Below, one piece after another: positions 61,682 through 64,000 of a stretch of 64,000 nt of DNA. Location of the stretch: contig JACQZV010000005.1 of the NCBI GenBank assembly GCA_016213695.1, positions 9,775 through 73,774 on the forward strand, given 5' to 3'. The notes under the pieces are model-generated. The model was not told the DNA's origin. It did not search any database and worked only from the letters and a program-made list of their open reading frames with translations. Source of the DNA: Acidobacteriota bacterium (GTDB taxonomy: Bacteria > Acidobacteriota > Vicinamibacteria > Vicinamibacterales > UBA2999). Position 1 is the stretch's first letter, and each line of letters begins with the position of its first letter. The position numbers and the translations under genes are program-made.

Positions 61682-62710
61682 TTACACGGCAGCGACTTCC
61701 ACTTCGCGCGCCAGGCCAAGCTCCTTCCGCACCCGGTCTTCGATGATCTGCCGGATGTCGGGATTGTCCTTGAGAAACTGCTTGGCATTTTCGCGGCCCT
61801 GCCCGAGCCGCTCGCCGGCGTAGGCGAACCAGGCGCCGCTCTTCTCGATGATGCGCTTGTCGACGCCCATGTCGATCAGGTCGCCCTCGCGCGACACGCC
61901 CTCGCCGTACATGATGTCGAATTCGGCCTCCCTGAAGGGCGGCGCCATCTTGTTCTTGACCACCTTCACGCGCGTCCGGCCGCCAATGACCTGATCGCCA
62001 TCCTTGATGCTGGCGATGCGCCGGATGTCGATGCGCACCGAGGCGTAGAACTTGAGTGCGCGGCCACCGGTGGTCGTTTCGGGGTTGCCGAACATCACGC
62101 CGATCTTCTCGCGGAGCTGGTTGATGAAGATGAGCGTGGTTTTCGATTTGGAGACGACGCCGGTGAGCTTCCGCAGCGCCTGCGACATGAGCCGCGCCTG
62201 CAGGCCCATCTGCGCCTCGCCCATTTCGCCGTCGATTTCGGCCTTGGGGACGAGCGCCGCCACCGAGTCGACCACGACGACGTCAACGCCGCCGGACCGG
62301 ATCAGGACTTCGACGATCTCGAGCGCCTGTTCGCCGTTGTCGGGCTGGGAGACCAGCAGATTCTCGACGTCGACGCCGAGCTTCTGCGCATACTGCGCGT
62401 CGAGCGCGTGCTCGGCATCCACGAAGGCGGCCATGCCGCCGGCCTTCTGCGCTTCAGCAATCACCTGCAGCGCGAGCGTCGTCTTACCGGACGATTCCGG
62501 CCCGTAGATTTCGACGACACGCCCGCGCGGCATGCCGCCGATGCCGAGCGCGTAGTCGATGCTGAGGGCGCCGGTGGGAATGACGTCGACCGGCCCGATC
62601 GCGCCGCGTTGGCCGAGGCGCATGATGGCCCCCTTGCCGAACTGCTGTTCAATCTGGCTGACGGCGATGTCGAGCGCCTTGTTGCGTTCCTTCTGATCGT
62701 CACTGGGCAC
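61682..62710 (-). CDS. recA: Recombinase RecA
   Basis: [23 protein letters not shown], Walker [13 protein letters not shown], and [35 protein letters not shown] start at 62710 with GGAGA 6 nt upstream. The ORF-track TTG at 62800 lies inside the putative promoter. Confidence 0.92.
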   Translation of the reverse strand: MPSDDQKERNKALDIAVSQIEQQFGKGAIMRLGQRGAIGPVDVIPTGALSIDYALGIGGMPRGRVVEIYGPESSGKTTLALQVIAEAQKAGGMAAFVDAEHALDAQYAQKLGVDVENLLVSQPDNGEQALEIVEVLIRSGGVDVVVVDSVAALVPKAEIDGEMGEAQMGLQARLMSQALRKLTGVVSKSKTTLIFINQLREKIGVMFGNPETTTGGRALKFYASVRIDIRRIASIKDGDQVIGGRTRVKVVKNKMAPPFREAEFDIMYGEGVSREGDLIDMGVDKRIIEKSGAWFAYAGERLGQGRENAKQFLKDNPDIRQIIEDRVRKELGLAREVEVAAV

Positions 62711-62771
62711 GGCGGTCTCCTTGGGAAGATGGTGGCCTGCGTGTGTGACAGGGGAGGTCACGGCCGGGTTG

Positions 62772-62800
62772 ATCCTAGGATTGTGCCGCACGAAAGTCAA
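62772..62800 (-). promoter_or_regulatory. Candidate sigma70-type promoter of recA
   Basis: The minus strand reads TTGACT (62800-62795), a 17-nt spacer, then TAGGAT (62777-62772), about 60 nt upstream of the GTG start. Confidence 0.4.
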
Positions 62801-62941
62801 GTGTAAATCTGTGTAGATGAAGCGTCCACCTTAAGGCAGGTCAATCACTTACATCGAATAGCCACTTTCGCCTCGCCGAGCGGGGATCGCAGAATTTGCC
62901 GAGGCGAGCGGCCGGTGGCCGCGGCATTTTCTGCCTGCCGA

Positions 62942-64000
62942 TTACACGCGCTCGACCGCCAGCGCCACGCCGTTGCCGCCGCCCAGGCAAAGCGTCGCCA
63001 CGCCCCGTCTCAGGCCGCGCTGCGCCAAAGCATAGAGCAGCGTCGTCAGGATCCGCGCGCCGCTCGCGCCGATGGGGTGGCCGAGCGCCACGGCGCCGCC
63101 GTTGACGTTCACTTTCGCCGGATCGATCCCGAGATCGCGCAGAACCGCCAGCGCCTGGACGGAAAACGCCTCGTTCAGCTCGAACAGATCGACGTCTTCG
63201 ATCCTCCACCCGACCTTCTTCACCACACGGCGCACGGCTTCAACCGGCGTCATCAGCAGGTACTTCGGCGGAAGCCCGCTCGTGGCCTGTCCGACGATGC
63301 GTGCCATCGGCGTCAGCGTAAGCCCGGCAGCGCGTGCCGCCGACATGAGGACGAGCGCCGCGGCGCCGTCGTTGACCGGCGGCGCGTTCCCGGCTGTGAC
63401 GGTGCCGTCTTTGCGGAAGGCCGGGCGCAGCGCGCCGAGCGTCGCCGCCGATGTATCGGCACGCACCGATTCGTCGCGATCGATGACCGCCGGCGCGGCG
63501 GGTCCGGCCGGACGGGGCTGGCCGGAACCCGACCTGCGCTCCGGGACGGCGACCGGGAGGATCTCCGCCGTGAACCGGCCCGCGGCCTGCGCCGCAGCGG
63601 CCTTGCCGTGGCTCTCTGCCGCGTAGGCGTCCTGCTCGTCGCGCCCGATGCGGTAGTCGGTGGCGACGAGTTCGCCGGCCACGCCCATGTGGCACTGCTC
63701 GAAGGAGCACCAGAGGCCGTCCACGATCATCGCGTCGAGCACCTGCTGGTGGCCCATGCGCAGTCCTTCGCGGGCGCCGGTCAGCAGGTACGGGGCATTG
63801 CTCATCGACTCCATGCCGCCGGCGACGGCCACCTCGATATCGCCCGTGGCGATGCCCTGCGCAGCCAGCATCACCGCTTTCAGTCCCGAACCGCAGACCT
63901 TGTTGATCGTGAGCGCCGCCACGTGATCGGCAAGTCCGCCCCGGAGCGCCGCCTGGCGCGCCGGCGCCTGCCCGAGGCCGGCCGAGACCACGTTTCCCAT
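62942..64000 (-). CDS. Acetyl-CoA C-acetyltransferase (thiolase II), 5'-truncated by window edge
   Basis: Active-site region [35 protein letters not shown], and C-terminal [15 protein letters not shown]. The first visible residues [11 protein letters not shown] are internal to thiolases. Confidence 0.88.
   Translation of the reverse strand: MGNVVSAGLGQAPARQAALRGGLADHVAALTINKVCGSGLKAVMLAAQGIATGDIEVAVAGGMESMSNAPYLLTGAREGLRMGHQQVLDAMIVDGLWCSFEQCHMGVAGELVATDYRIGRDEQDAYAAESHGKAAAAQAAGRFTAEILPVAVPERRSGSGQPRPAGPAAPAVIDRDESVRADTSAATLGALRPAFRKDGTVTAGNAPPVNDGAAALVLMSAARAAGLTLTPMARIVGQATSGLPPKYLLMTPVEAVRRVVKKVGWRIEDVDLFELNEAFSVQALAVLRDLGIDPAKVNVNGGAVALGHPIGASGARILTTLLYALAQRGLRRGVATLCLGGGNGVALAVERV

Noticed and set aside
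62801-62941. A LexA/SOS box upstream of recA.
   Set aside because: I scanned for CTGT-N8-ACAG, GAAC-N4-GTTC and GTTC-N7-GTTC type palindromes and found none. Only an imperfect hairpin (CGCCTCG..CGAGGCG), likely related to thiolase termination, is present.

Overview
This is a visibly GC-rich bacterial chromosomal segment (composition judged by eye, not computed). The TonB-dependent receptor architecture (N-terminal carboxypeptidase-regulatory-like domain) and the overall gene content suggest Acidobacteriota, possibly Vicinamibacteria-like; that placement is inference only. Both flanks are ordinary housekeeping DNA. The left flank carries priA (5'-truncated), an M50 protease, HU/IHF, der, tRNA-Pro(GGG), sua5, moaA, surE and tRNA-Pro(CGG). 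The right flank carries an ABC importer, truA, a UPF0182 gene, a WYL regulator, a parvulin PPIase, tRNA-Phe, recA and a thiolase (5'-truncated). The centre (about 17.8-49.2 kb) is an almost entirely co-directional accessory supercluster. It holds four paralogous ~1020-aa TonB-dependent receptors interleaved with repeated triads of exported proteins that I cannot assign to a named family. These are family A (3 copies, ~300 aa), family B (5 copies in two subtypes, ~360-390 aa, sharing a C-terminal core with A) and family C (3 copies, ~135 aa). The predicted mature N-terminus of every C copy is His-His. The cluster also contains two tandem 4-TM membrane paralogs, two NHL beta-propellers, a Tat-signal ACMSD-type amidohydrolase, MBL-fold hydrolases and a DUF5666-like lipoprotein. 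This iterated receptor-plus-A/B/C cassette is the best candidate for an undescribed uptake or processing system. Other points worth a second look:
- a duplicated tRNA-Pro 3' end (att-like scar) at the left edge of the cluster;
- heptanucleotide tandem arrays at gene junctions, two of them inverted copies that bracket the region;
- a truncated NtrC-like mini-regulator translationally coupled to an HD-GYP response regulator;
- a bacterial endostatin-like protein.

I saw no CRISPR array, transposase, integrase, phage gene or recognisable defence gene. The many long Arg/Pro/Gly-rich ORFs antisense to real genes are GC-driven shadow ORFs.
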